Part shown: in pieces, positions 33,070-49,000 of the stretch
Position numbering within the stretch: the stretch's first letter is position 1
Layout: each line of letters starts with the position of its first letter
DNA from: Eledone cirrhosa
Taxonomy: Eukaryota
Assembly (NCBI GenBank): GCA_964016885.1
Contig: OZ024745.1
Coordinates: 7,378,001 to 7,442,000 of the forward strand
Reading direction: 5' to 3'
Length of the DNA stretch: 64,000 nt
Translations under genes and position numbers: made by a program
Notes under the pieces: generated by a model
What the model was told of the DNA's origin: nothing
The model's input: the letters and a program-made list of their open reading frames with translations, nothing else
Databases searched by the model: none

Positions 33070-36000
33070 CTACTGTAGCAACTACCTTACTACTCACTAT
33101 TGTAGACACTACCTCACTACTGTAGACACTACCACATTATTGTAGACACTACCTCACTACTGTAGACACTACCACACTATTGTAGACACTACCTCACTAC
33201 TGTAGACACTACCTCACTATTGTAGACACTACCACACTATTGTAGACACTACCTCACTACTGTAGACACTACCTTACTACTCACTATTGTAGACACTACC
33301 TCACTACTGTAGACACTACCACATTATTGTAGACACTACCTCACTACTGTAGACACTACCTCACTATTGTAGACACTACCACACTATTGTAGACACTACC
33401 TCACTACTGTAGACACTACCTCACTACTGTAGACACTACCACACTATTGTAGACACTACCCCACTACTGTAGACACTACCACACTATTGTAGACACTACC
33501 TCACTACTGTAGACACTACCACACTATTGTAGACACTAACACACTACTGTAGACACTACCTCACTACTGTAGACAATACCACATTATTGTAGACACTACC
33601 ACACTATTGTAGACACAACCTCACTATTGTAGACACTACCACACTTCTAGACACTACCTCACTATTGTAGACACTACCACACTACTGTAGACACTACCAC
33701 ACTACTGTAGACACTACCACACTACTGTAGACACTACCACACTACTGTAGACACTACCACACTACTGTAGACACTACCACACTATTGTATACACTGCCAC
33801 ACTACTGTAGACACTACCACACTACTATAGACACTACCACACTACTGTAGACACTACCACACTATTGTAGACACTACCACACTATTGTAGACACTACCAC
33901 ACTACTGTAGACACTACCACACTATTGTAGACACTACCTCACTACTGTAGACACTACCTCACTACTGTAGACACTACCACACTATTGTAGACAATACCAC
34001 ACTATTGTAGACACTACCTCACTACTGTAGACACTACCTCACTACTGTAGACACTACCACACTACTGTAGACACTACCTCACTACTGTAGATACTACCTC
34101 ACTACTGTAGACACTACCACACTATTGTAGACACTCCCTCACTATTGTAGACACTACCTCACTATTGTAGACACTACCTCACTACTGTAGACACTACCAC
34201 ACTACTGTAGACACTACCTCACTACTGTAGACACTACCTCACTACTGTAGACACTACCACACTATTGTAGACACTACCTCACTATTGTATACACTACCAC
34301 ACTACTGTAGACACTACATCACTACTGTAGACACTACCTCACTACTGTAGAAACTAGCACACTACTGTAGACACTACCACACTACTGTAGACACTACCAC
34401 ACTACTGTAGACAATACCACACTATTGTAGACACTACCACACTACTGTAGACACTACCTCACTACTGTAGACACTACCACACTACTGTAGACACTACCTC
34501 ACTACTGTAGACACTACCTCACTACTGTAGACACTACCACACTATTGTATACACTACCACACTATTGTATACACTACCACACTACTGTAGACACTACCTC
34601 ACTACTGTAGACACTACCACACTACTGTAGACACTACCACACTACTGTAGACACTACCTCACTACTGTAGACACTACCTCACTACTGTAGACACTACCTC
34701 ACTACTGTAGACACTACCACACCACTGTAGACACTACCACACTATTGTAGACACTACCTCACTACTGTAGACACTACCTCACTACTGTAGACACTACCTC
34801 ACTACTGTAGACACTACCTCACTACTGTAGACACTACCATACTACTGTAGACACTACCTCACTATTGTAGACACTACCTCACTATTGTAGACACTACCTC
34901 ACTACTGTAGACACTACCTCACTACTGTAGACACTACCTCACTACTGTAGACACTACCACACTACTGTAGACACTACGACACTATTGTAGACACTACCTC
35001 ACTACTGTAGACACTACCTCACTACTGTAGACACTACCACACTACTGTAGACACTACCTCACTATTGTAGACACTACCTCACTACTGTAGACACTACCTC
35101 ACTACTGTAGACACTACCACACTATTGTAGACAATACCTCACTACTGTAGACACTACCACACTACTGTAGACACTACCACACTACTATAGACACTACCAC
35201 ACTACTATAGACACTACCACACTATTGTAGACACTACCTCACTACTGTAGACACTACCTCACTACTGTAGACACTACCTCACTACTGTAGACACTACCAC
35301 ACTATTGTAGACAATACCTCACTACTGTAGACACTACCACACTACTGTAGACACTACCACACTACTGTAAACACTACCACACTATTGTAGACACTACCTC
35401 ACTACTGTAGACACTACCTCACTACTGTAGACACTACCACACTATTGTAGACACTACCACACTATTGTAGACACTACCACACTACTGTAGACACTACCTC
35501 ACTACTGTAGACACTACCACACTACTGTAGACACTACCTCACTACTGTAGACACTACCTCACTACTGTAGACACTAACACACTACTGTAGACACTACCTC
35601 ACTATTGTAGACACTACCTCACTACTGTAGACACTACCACACTATTGTAGACAATACCTCACTACTGTAGACACTACCACACTACTGTAGACACTACCAC
35701 ACTACTGTAGACACTACCACACTATTGTAGACACTACCTCACTACTGTAGACACTACCTCACTACTGTAGACACTACCACACTATTGTAGACACTACCAC
35801 ACTATTGTAGACAATACCTCACTACTGTAGACACTACCACACTACTGTAGACACTACCTCACTACTGAAGACACTACCACACTATTGTAGACACTACCAC
35901 ACTACTATAGACACTACCTCACTACTGTAGACACTACCACACTATTGTAGACACTACCACACTATTGTAGACACTACCACACTATTGTAGACACTACCAC

Positions 36001-39000
36001 ACTACTGTAGACACTACCTCACTACTGTAGACACTACCACACTACTGTAGACACTACCTCACTACTGTAGACACTACCACACTACTGTAGACACTACCTC
36101 ACTATTGTAGACACTACCTCACTACTGTAGACACTACCACACTACTGTAGACACTACCACACTACTGTAGACACTACCTCACTATTGTAAACACTACCAC
36201 ACTACTGTAGACACTACCTCACTACTGTAGAAACTACCTCACTACTGTAGACACTACCTCACTATTGTAAACACTACCACACTACTGTAGACACTACCTC
36301 ACTACTGTAGACACTACCTCACTACTGTAGACACTACCACACTACTGTAGACACTACCTCACTATTGTAAACACTACCACACTACTGTAGACACTACCAC
36401 ACTACCTCACTATTGTAGACACTACCACACTATTGTAGACACTATCTCACTACTGTAGACACTACCTCACTACTGTAGACACTACCTCACTATTGTAGAC
36501 ACTACCACACTACTGTAGACACTACCACACTACTGTAGACACTACCTCACTACTGTAGACACTACCTCACTACTGTAGACACTACCTCACTACTGTAGAC
36601 ACTACCACACTACTGTAGACACTACCACACTACTGTAGACACTACCTCACTACTGTAGACACTACCACACTATTGTAGACACTACCTCACTATTGTAGAC
36701 ACTACCACACTATTGTAGACACTACCACACTACTGTAGACACCACCTCACTACTGTAGACACTACCTCACTACTGTAGACACTACCTCACTACTGTAGAC
36801 ACTACCTCACTACTGTAGACACTACCTCACTACTGTAGACACTACCTCACTACTGTAGACACTACCACACTACTGTAGACACTACCACACTACTGTAGAC
36901 ACTACCTCACTACTGTAGACACTACCACACTATTGTAGACACTACCTCACTATTGTAGACACTACCACACTATTGTAGACACTACCACACTACTGTAGAC
37001 ACCACCTCACTACTGTAGACACTACCTCACTACTGTAGACACTACCTCACTACTGTAGACACTACCACACTACTGTAGACACTACCTCACTATTGTAGAC
37101 ACTACCACACTATTGTAGACACTACCACACTACTGTAGACACCACCTCACTACTGTAGACACTACCTCACTACTGTAGACACTACCTCACTACTGTAGAC
37201 ACTACCTCACTACTCACTATTGTAGACACTACCTCACTACTGTAGACACTACCACACTATTGTAGACAATACCTCACTACTGTAGACACCACCACACTAC
37301 TGTAGACACTACCACACTACTGTAGACACTACCACACTACTGTAGACACTACCACACTATTGTAGACACTACCTCACTACTGTAGACACTACCTCACTAC
37401 TGTAGACACTACCAATCTATTGTAGACACTACCACACTATTGTAGACACTACCACACTACTGTAGACACTACCTCACTACTGTAGACACTACCACACTAT
37501 TGTAGACACTACCTCACTACTGTAGACACTACCTCACTACTGTAGACACTACCTCACTATTGTAGACACTACCTCACTACTGTAGACACTACCTCACTAC
37601 TGTAGACACTACCTCACTACTGTAGACACTACCACACCACTGTAGACACTACCACACTATTGTAGACACTACCTCACTACTGTAGACACTACCTCACTAC
37701 TGTAGACACTACCTCACTACTGTAGACACTACCATACTACTGTAGACACTACCACACTATTGTAGACACTACCTCACTATTGTAGACACTACCTCACTAT
37801 TGTATACACTACCACACTACTGTAGACACTACCTCACTACTGTAGACACTACCACACTACTGTAGACACTACGACACTATTGTAGACACTACCTCACTAC
37901 TGTAGACACTACCACACTACTGTAGACACTACCTCACTATTGTAGACACTACCTCACTACTGTAGACACTACCTCACTACTGTAGACACTACCACACTAC
38001 TGTAGACACTACCTCACTACTGTAGCAACTACCTTACTACTCACTATTGTAGACACTACCTCACTACTGTAGACACTACCACATTATTGTAGACACTACC
38101 TCACTACTGTAGACACTACCACACTATTGTAGACACTACCTCACTACTGTAGACACTACCTCACTATTGTAGACACTACCACACTATTGTAGACACTACC
38201 TCACTACTGTAGACACTACCTTACTACTCACTATTGTAGACACTACCTCACTACTGTAGACACTACCACATTATTGTAGACACTACCTCACTACTGTAGA
38301 CACTACCTCACTATTGTAGACACTACCACACTATTGTAGACACTACCTCACTACTGTAGACACTACCTCACTACTGTAGACACTACCACACTATTGTAGA
38401 CACTACCCCACTACTGTAGACACTACCACACTATTGTAGACACTACCTCACTACTGTAGACACTACCACACTATTGTAGACACTAACACACTACTGTAGA
38501 CACTACCTCACTACTGTAGACAATACCACATTATTGTAGACACTACCACACTATTGTAGACACAACCTCACTATTGTAGACACTACCACACTTCTAGACA
38601 CTACCTCACTATTGTAGACACTACCACACTACTGTAGACACTACCACACTACTGTAGACACTACCACACTACTGTAGACACTACCACACTACTGTAGACA
38701 CTACCACACTACTGTAGACACTACCACACTATTGTATACACTGCCACACTACTGTAGACACTACCACACTACTATAGACACTACCACACTACTGTAGACA
38801 CTACCACACTATTGTAGACACTACCACACTATTGTAGACACTACCACACTACTGTAGACACTACCACACTATTGTAGACACTACCTCACTACTGTAGACA
38901 CTACCTCACTACTGTAGACACTACCACACTATTGTAGACACTACCACACTATTGTAGACAATACCTCACTACTGTAGACACTACCACACTACTGTAGACA

Positions 39001-42000
39001 CTACCTCACTACTGAAGACACTACCACACTATTGTAGACACTACCACACTACTATAGACACTACCTCACTACTGTAGACACTACCACACTATTGTAGACA
39101 CTACCACACTATTGTAGACACTACCACACTATTGTAGACACTACCACACTACTGTAGACACTACCTCACTACTGTAGACACTACCACACTACTGTAGACA
39201 CTACCTCACTACTGTAGACACTACCACACTACTGTAGACACTACCTCACTATTGTAGACACTACCTCACTACTGTAGACACTACCACACTACTGTAGACA
39301 CTACCACACTACTGTAGACACTACCTCACTATTGTAAACACTACCACACTACTGTAGACACTACCTCACTACTGTAGAAACTACCTCACTACTGTAGACA
39401 CTACCTCACTATTGTAAACACTACCACACTACTGTAGACACTACCTCACTACTGTAGACACTACCTCACTACTGTAGACACTACCACACTACTGTAGACA
39501 CTACCTCACTATTGTAAACACTACCACACTACTGTAGACACTACCACACTACCTCACTATTGTAGACACTACCACACTATTGTAGACACTATCTCACTAC
39601 TGTAGACACTACCTCACTACTGTAGACACTACCTCACTATTGTAGACACTACCACACTACTGTAGACACTACCACACTACTGTAGACACTACCTCACTAC
39701 TGTAGACACTACCTCACTACTGTAGACACTACCTCACTACTGTAGACACTACCACACTACTGTAGACACTACCACACTACTGTAGACACTACCTCACTAC
39801 TGTAGACACTACCACACTATTGTAGACACTACCTCACTATTGTAGACACTACCACACTATTGTAGACACTACCACACTACTGTAGACACCACCTCACTAC
39901 TGTAGACACTACCTCACTACTGTAGACACTACCTCACTACTGTAGACACTACCTCACTACTGTAGACACTACCTCACTACTGTAGACACTACCTCACTAC
40001 TGTAGACACTACCACACTACTGTAGACACTACCACACTACTGTAGACACTACCTCACTACTGTAGACACTACCACACTATTGTAGACACTACCTCACTAT
40101 TGTAGACACTACCACACTATTGTAGACACTACCACACTACTGTAGACACCACCTCACTACTGTAGACACTACCTCACTACTGTAGACACTACCTCACTAC
40201 TGTAGACACTACCACACTACTGTAGACACTACCTCACTATTGTAGACACTACCACACTATTGTAGACACTACCACACTACTGTAGACACCACCTCACTAC
40301 TGTAGACACTACCTCACTACTGTAGACACTACCTCACTACTGTAGACACTACCTCACTACTCACTATTGTAGACACTACCTCACTACTGTAGACACTACC
40401 ACACTATTGTAGACAATACCTCACTACTGTAGACACCACCACACTACTGTAGACACTACCACACTACTGTAGACACTACCACACTACTGTAGACACTACC
40501 ACACTATTGTAGACACTACCTCACTACTGTAGACACTACCTCACTACTGTAGACACTACCAATCTATTGTAGACACTACCACACTATTGTAGACACTACC
40601 ACACTACTGTAGACACTACCTCACTACTGTAGACACTACCACACTATTGTAGACACTACCTCACTACTGTAGACACTACCTCACTACTGTAGACACTACC
40701 TCACTATTGTAGACACTACCTCACTACTGTAGACACTACCTCACTACTGTAGACACTACCTCACTACTGTAGACACTACCACACCACTGTAGACACTACC
40801 ACACTATTGTAGACACTACCTCACTACTGTAGACACTACCTCACTACTGTAGACACTACCTCACTACTGTAGACACTACCATACTACTGTAGACACTACC
40901 ACACTATTGTAGACACTACCTCACTATTGTAGACACTACCTCACTATTGTATACACTACCACACTACTGTAGACACTACCTCACTACTGTAGACACTACG
41001 ACACTATTGTAGACACTACCTCACTACTGTAGACACTACCACACTACTGTAGACACTACCTCACTATTGTAGACACTACCTCACTACTGTAGACACTACC
41101 TCACTACTGTAGACACTACCACACTACTGTAGACACTACCTCACTACTGTAGCAACTACCTTACTACTCACTATTGTAGACACTACCTCACTACTGTAGA
41201 CACTACCACATTATTGTAGACACTACCTCACTACTGTAGACACTACCACACTATTGTAGACACTACCTCACTACTGTAGACACTACCTCACTATTGTAGA
41301 CACTACCACACTATTGTAGACACTACCTCACTACTGTAGACACTACCTTACTACTCACTATTGTAGACACTACCTCACTACTGTAGACACTACCACATTA
41401 TTGTAGACACTACCTCACTACTGTAGACACTACCTCACTATTGTAGACACTACCACACTATTGTAGACACTACCTCACTACTGTAGACACTACCTCACTA
41501 CTGTAGACACTACCACACTATTGTAGACACTACCCCACTACTGTAGACACTACCACACTATTGTAGACACTACCTCACTACTGTAGACACTACCACACTA
41601 TTGTAGACACTAACACACTACTGTAGACACTACCTCACTACTGTAGACAATACCACATTATTGTAGACACTACCACACTATTGTAGACACAACCTCACTA
41701 TTGTAGACACTACCACACTTCTAGACACTACCTCACTATTGTAGACACTACCACACTACTGTAGACACTACCACACTACTGTAGACACTACCACACTACT
41801 GTAGACACTACCACACTACTGTAGACACTACCACACTACTGTAGACACTACCACACTATTGTATACACTGCCACACTACTGTAGACACTACCACACTACT
41901 ATAGACACTACCACACTACTGTAGACACTACCACACTATTGTAGACACTACCACACTATTGTAGACACTACCACACTACTGTAGACACTACCACACTATT

Positions 42001-45000
42001 GTAGACACTACCTCACTACTGTAGACACTACCTCACTACTGTAGACACTACCACACTATTGTAGACAATACCACACTATTGTAGACACTACCTCACTACT
42101 GTAGACACTACCTCACTACTGTAGACACTACCACACTACTGTAGACACTACCTCACTACTGTAGATACTACCTCACTACTGTAGACACTACCACACTATT
42201 GTAGACACTCCCTCACTATTGTAGACACTACCTCACTATTGTAGACACTACCTCACTACTGTAGACACTACCACACTACTGTAGACACTACCTCACTACT
42301 GTAGACACTACCTCACTACTGTAGACACTACCACACTATTGTAGACACTACCTCACTATTGTATACACTACCACACTACTGTAGACACTACATCACTACT
42401 GTAGACACTACCTCACTACTGTAGAAACTAGCACACTACTGTAGACACTACCACACTACTGTAGACACTACCACACTACTGTAGACAATACCACACTATT
42501 GTAGACACTACCACACTACTGTAGACACTACCTCACTACTGTAGACACTACCACACTACTGTAGACACTACCTCACTACTGTAGACACTACCTCACTACT
42601 GTAGACACTACCACACTATTGTATACACTACCACACTATTGTATACACTACCACACTACTGTAGACACTACCTCACTACTGTAGACACTACCACACTACT
42701 GTAGACACTACCACACTACTGTAGACACTACCTCACTACTGTAGACACTACCTCACTACTGTAGACACTACCACACCACTGTAGACACTACCACACTATT
42801 GTAGACACTACCTCACTACTGTAGACACTACCTCACTACTGTAGACACTACCTCACTACTGTAGACACTACCTCACTACTGTAGACACTACCATACTACT
42901 GTAGACACTACCACACTATTGTAGACACTACCTCACTATTGTAGACACTACCTCACTATTGTAGACACTACCTCACTACTGTAGACACTACCTCACTACT
43001 GTAGACACTACCACACTACTGTAGACACTACGACACTATTGTAGACACTACCTCACTACTGTAGACACTACCTCACTACTGTAGACACTACCACACTACT
43101 GTAGACACTACCTCACTATTGTAGACACTACCTCACTACTGTAGACACTACCTCACTACTGTAGACACTACCACACTATTGTAGACAATACCTCACTACT
43201 GTAGACACTACCACACTACTGTAGACACTACCACACTACTATAGACACTACCACACTACTATAGACACTACCACACTATTGTAGACACTACCTCACTACT
43301 GTAGACACTACCTCACTACTGTAGACACTACCTCACTACTGTAGACACTACCACACTATTGTAGACAATACCTCACTACTGTAGACACTACCACACTACT
43401 GTAGACACTACCACACTACTGTAAACACTACCACACTATTGTAGACACTACCTCACTACTGTAGACACTACCTCACTACTGTAGACACTACCACACTATT
43501 GTAGACACTACCACACTATTGTAGACACTACCACACTACTGTAGACACTACCTCACTACTGTAGACACTACCACACTACTGTAGACACTACCTCACTACT
43601 GTAGACACTACCTCACTACTGTAGACACTAACACACTACTGTAGACACTACCTCACTATTGTAGACACTACCTCACTACTGTAGACACTACCACACTATT
43701 GTAGACAATACCTCACTACTGTAGACACTACCACACTACTGTAGACACTACCACACTACTGTAGACACTACCACACTATTGTAGACACTACCTCACTACT
43801 GTAGACACTACCTCACTACTGTAGACACTACCACACTATTGTAGACACTACCACACTATTGTAGACAATACCTCACTACTGTAGACACTACCACACTACT
43901 GTAGACACTACCTCACTACTGAAGACACTACCACACTATTGTAGACACTACCACACTACTATAGACACTACCTCACTACTGTAGACACTACCACACTATT
44001 GTAGACACTACCACACTATTGTAGACACTACCACACTATTGTAGACACTACCACACTACTGTAGACACTACCTCACTACTGTAGACACTACCACACTACT
44101 GTAGACACTACCTCACTACTGTAGACACTACCACACTACTGTAGACACTACCTCACTATTGTAGACACTACCTCACTACTGTAGACACTACCACACTACT
44201 GTAGACACTACCACACTACTGTAGACACTACCTCACTATTGTAAACACTACCACACTACTGTAGACACTACCTCACTACTGTAGAAACTACCTCACTACT
44301 GTAGACACTACCTCACTATTGTAAACACTACCACACTACTGTAGACACTACCTCACTACTGTAGACACTACCTCACTACTGTAGACACTACCACACTACT
44401 GTAGACACTACCTCACTATTGTAAACACTACCACACTACTGTAGACACTACCACACTACCTCACTATTGTAGACACTACCACACTATTGTAGACACTATC
44501 TCACTACTGTAGACACTACCTCACTACTGTAGACACTACCTCACTATTGTAGACACTACCACACTACTGTAGACACTACCACACTACTGTAGACACTACC
44601 TCACTACTGTAGACACTACCTCACTACTGTAGACACTACCTCACTACTGTAGACACTACCACACTACTGTAGACACTACCACACTACTGTAGACACTACC
44701 ACACTACTGTAGACACTACCTCACTACTGTAGACACTACCACACTATTGTAGACACTACCTCACTATTGTAGACACTACCACACTATTGTAGACACTACC
44801 ACACTACTGTAGACACCACCTCACTACTGTAGACACTACCTCACTACTGTAGACACTACCTCACTACTGTAGACACTACCTCACTACTGTAGACACTACC
44901 TCACTACTGTAGACACTACCACACTACTGTAGACACTACCACACTACTGTAGACACTACCTCACTACTGTAGACACTACCACACTATTGTAGACACTACC

Positions 45001-46030
45001 TCACTATTGTAGACACTACCACACTATTGTAGACACTACCACACTACTGTAGACACCACCTCACTACTGTAGACACTACCTCACTACTGTAGACACTACC
45101 TCACTACTGTAGACACTACCACACTACTGTAGACACTACCTCACTATTGTAGACACTACCACACTATTGTAGACACTACCACACTACTGTAGACACCACC
45201 TCACTACTGTAGACACTACCTCACTACTGTAGACACTACCTCACTACTGTAGACACTACCTCACTACTCACTATTGTAGACACTACCTCACTACTGTAGA
45301 CACTACCACACTATTGTAGACAATACCTCACTACTGTAGACACCACCACACTACTGTAGACACTACCACACTACTGTAGACACTACCACACTACTGTAGA
45401 CACTACCACACTATTGTAGACACTACCTCACTACTGTAGACACTACCTCACTACTGTAGACACTACCAATCTATTGTAGACACTACCACACTATTGTAGA
45501 CACTACCACACTACTGTAGACACTACCTCACTACTGTAGACACTACCACACTATTGTAGACACTACCTCACTACTGTAGACACTACCTCACTACTGTAGA
45601 CACTACCTCACTATTGTAGACACTACCTCACTACTGTAGACACTACCTCACTACTGTAGACACTACCTCACTACTGTAGACACTACCACACCACTGTAGA
45701 CACTACCACACTATTGTAGACACTACCTCACTACTGTAGACACTACCTCACTACTGTAGACACTACCTCACTACTGTAGACACTACCATACTACTGTAGA
45801 CACTACCACACTATTGTAGACACTACCTCACTATTGTAGACACTACCTCACTATTGTATACACTACCACACTACTGTAGACACTACCTCACTACTGTAGA
45901 CACTACCACACTACTGTAGACACTACGACACTATTGTAGACACTACCTCACTACTGTAGACACTACCACACTACTGTAGACACTACCTCACTATTGTAGA
46001 CACTACCTCACTACTGTAGACACTACCTCA
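33070..46030. repeat. Higher-order repeat domain II: segmental blocks arranged ABC-AC-ABC (~4.9, ~3.1, ~4.9 kb)
   Basis: Marker 'gtagcaactaccttactactcac' occurs at ~33075, ~38022 and ~41149, and 'accaatctat' at ~37411, ~40558 and ~45466. 'tagatactacc' and 'cactccctc' occur only at ~34090/34135 and ~42165/42208. Confidence 0.88.
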
Positions 46031-49000
46031 CTACTGTAGACACTACCACACTATTGTAGACAATACCTCACTACTGTAGACACTACCACACTACTGTAGA
46101 CACTACCACACTACTGTAGACACTACCACACTACTGTAGACACTACCACACTACTATAGACACTACCACACTACTATAGACACTACCACACTATTGTAGA
46201 CACTACCTCACTACTGTAGACACTACCTCACTACTGTAGACACTACCTCACTACTGTAGACACTACCACACTATTGTAGACAATACCTCACTACTGTAGA
46301 CACTACCACACTACTGTAGACACTACCACACTACTGTAAACACTACCACACTATTGTAGACACTACCTCACTACTGTAGACACTACCTCACTACTGTAGA
46401 CACTACCACACTATTGTAGACACTACCACACTATTGTAGACACTACCACACTACTGTAGACACTACCTCACTACTGTAGACACTACCACACTACTGTAGA
46501 CACTACCACACTACTGTAGACACTACCTCACTACTGTAGACACTAACACACTACTGTAGACACTACCTCACTATTGTAGACACTATCACACTACTGTAGA
46601 CACTACCTCACTACTGTAGACACTACCTCACTACTGTAGACACTACCACACTATTGTAGACAATACCTCACTACTGTAGACACTACCACACTACTGTAGA
46701 CACTACCACACTATTGTAGACACTACCTCACTACTGTAGACACTACCTCACTACTGTAGACACTACCACACTATTGTAGACACTACCACACTATTGTAGA
46801 CAATACCTCACTACTGTAGACACTACCACACTACTGTAGACACTACCTCACTACTGTAGACACTACCTCACTACTGAAGACACTACCACACTATTGTAGA
46901 CACTACCACACTACTATAGACACTACCTCACTACTGTAGACACTACCACACTATTGTAGACACTACCACACTATTGTAGACACTACCACACTATTGTAGA
47001 CACTACCTCACTACTGTAGACACTACCTCACTACTGTAGACACTACCACACTACTGTAGACACTACCTCACTACTGTAGACACTACCACACTACTGTAGA
47101 CACTACCTCACTATTGTAGACACTACCTCACTACTGTAGACACTACCACACTACCACACTACTGTAGACACTACCACACTACTGTAGACACTACCTCACT
47201 ATTGTAAACACTACCACACTACTGTAGACACTACCTCACTACTGTAGAAACTACCTCACTACTGTAGACACTACCTCACTACTGTAAACACTACCACACT
47301 ACTGTAGACACTACCTCACTACTGTAGACACTACCACACTACTGTAGACACTACCTCACTATTGTAAACACTACCACACTACTGTAGACACTACCACACT
47401 ACCTCACTATTGTAGACACTACCACACTATTGTAGACACTATCTCACTACTGTAGACACTACCTCACTACTGTAGACACTACCTCACTATTGTAGACACT
47501 ACCACACTACTGTAGACACTACCACACTACTGTAGACACTACCTCACTACTGTAGACACTACCTCACTACTGTAGACACTACCACACTACTGTAGACACT
47601 ACCACACTACTGTAGACACTACCTCACTACTGTACACACTACCACACTATTGTAGACACTACCTCACTATTGTAGACACTACCACACTATTGTAGACACT
47701 ACCACACTACTGTAGACACCACCTCACTACTGTAGACACTACCTCACTACTGTAGACACTACCTCACTACTGTAGACACTAACACACTACTGTAGACACT
47801 ACCTCACTATTGTAGACACTACCACACTATTGTAGACACTACCACACTACTGTAGACACCACCTCACTACTGTAGACACTACCTCACTACTGTAGACACT
47901 ACCTCACTACTGTAGACACTACCTCACTACTCACTATTGTAGACACTACCTCACTACTGTAGACACTACCACACTATTGTAGACAATACCTCACTACTGT
48001 AGACACCACCACACTACTGTAGACACTACCACACTACTGTAGACACTACCACACTACTGTAGACACTACCACACTATTGTAGACACTACCTCACTACTGT
48101 AGACACTACCTCACTACTGTAGACACTACCACACTATTGTAGACACTACCACACTATTGTAGACACTACCACACTACTGTAGACACTACCTCACTACTGT
48201 AGACACTACCTCACTACCACACTACTGTAGACACTACCTCACTACTGTAGACACTACCTCACTACTGTAGACACTACCCCACTACTGTAGACACTACCAC
48301 ACTATTGTAGACACTACCTCACTACTGTAGACACTACCTCACTACTGTAGACACTACCACACTATTGTAGACACTACCTCACTACTGTAGACACTACCTT
48401 ACTATTGTAGACACTACCTCACTACTGTAGACAATACCACACTACTGTAGACACTACCACACTACCTCACTATTGTAAACACTACCACACTACTGTAGAC
48501 ACTACCACACTACTGTAGACACTACCACACTACTGTAGACACTACCTCACTATTGTAGACACTACCACACTATTGTAGACACTACCACACTATTGTAGAC
48601 ACTACCACACTATTGTAGACACTATCACACTATTGTAGACACTACCTCACTACTGTAGACACTACCTCACTACTGTAGACACTACCACACTATTGTAGAC
48701 ACTACCTCACTACTGTAGACACTACCTCACTACTGTAGACACTACCTCACTATTGTAGACACTACCACACTATTGTAGACACTACCTCACTACTGTAGAC
48801 ACTACCTCACTATTGTAGACACTACCTCACTACTGTAGACACTACCTCACTACTGTAGACACTGCCTCACTACTGTAGACACTACCACACTATTGTAGAC
48901 ACTACCTCACTACTGTAGACACTACCTCACTATTGTAGACACTACCTCACTACTGTAGACACTACCTCACTACTGTAGACACTACCTCACTATTGTAGAC

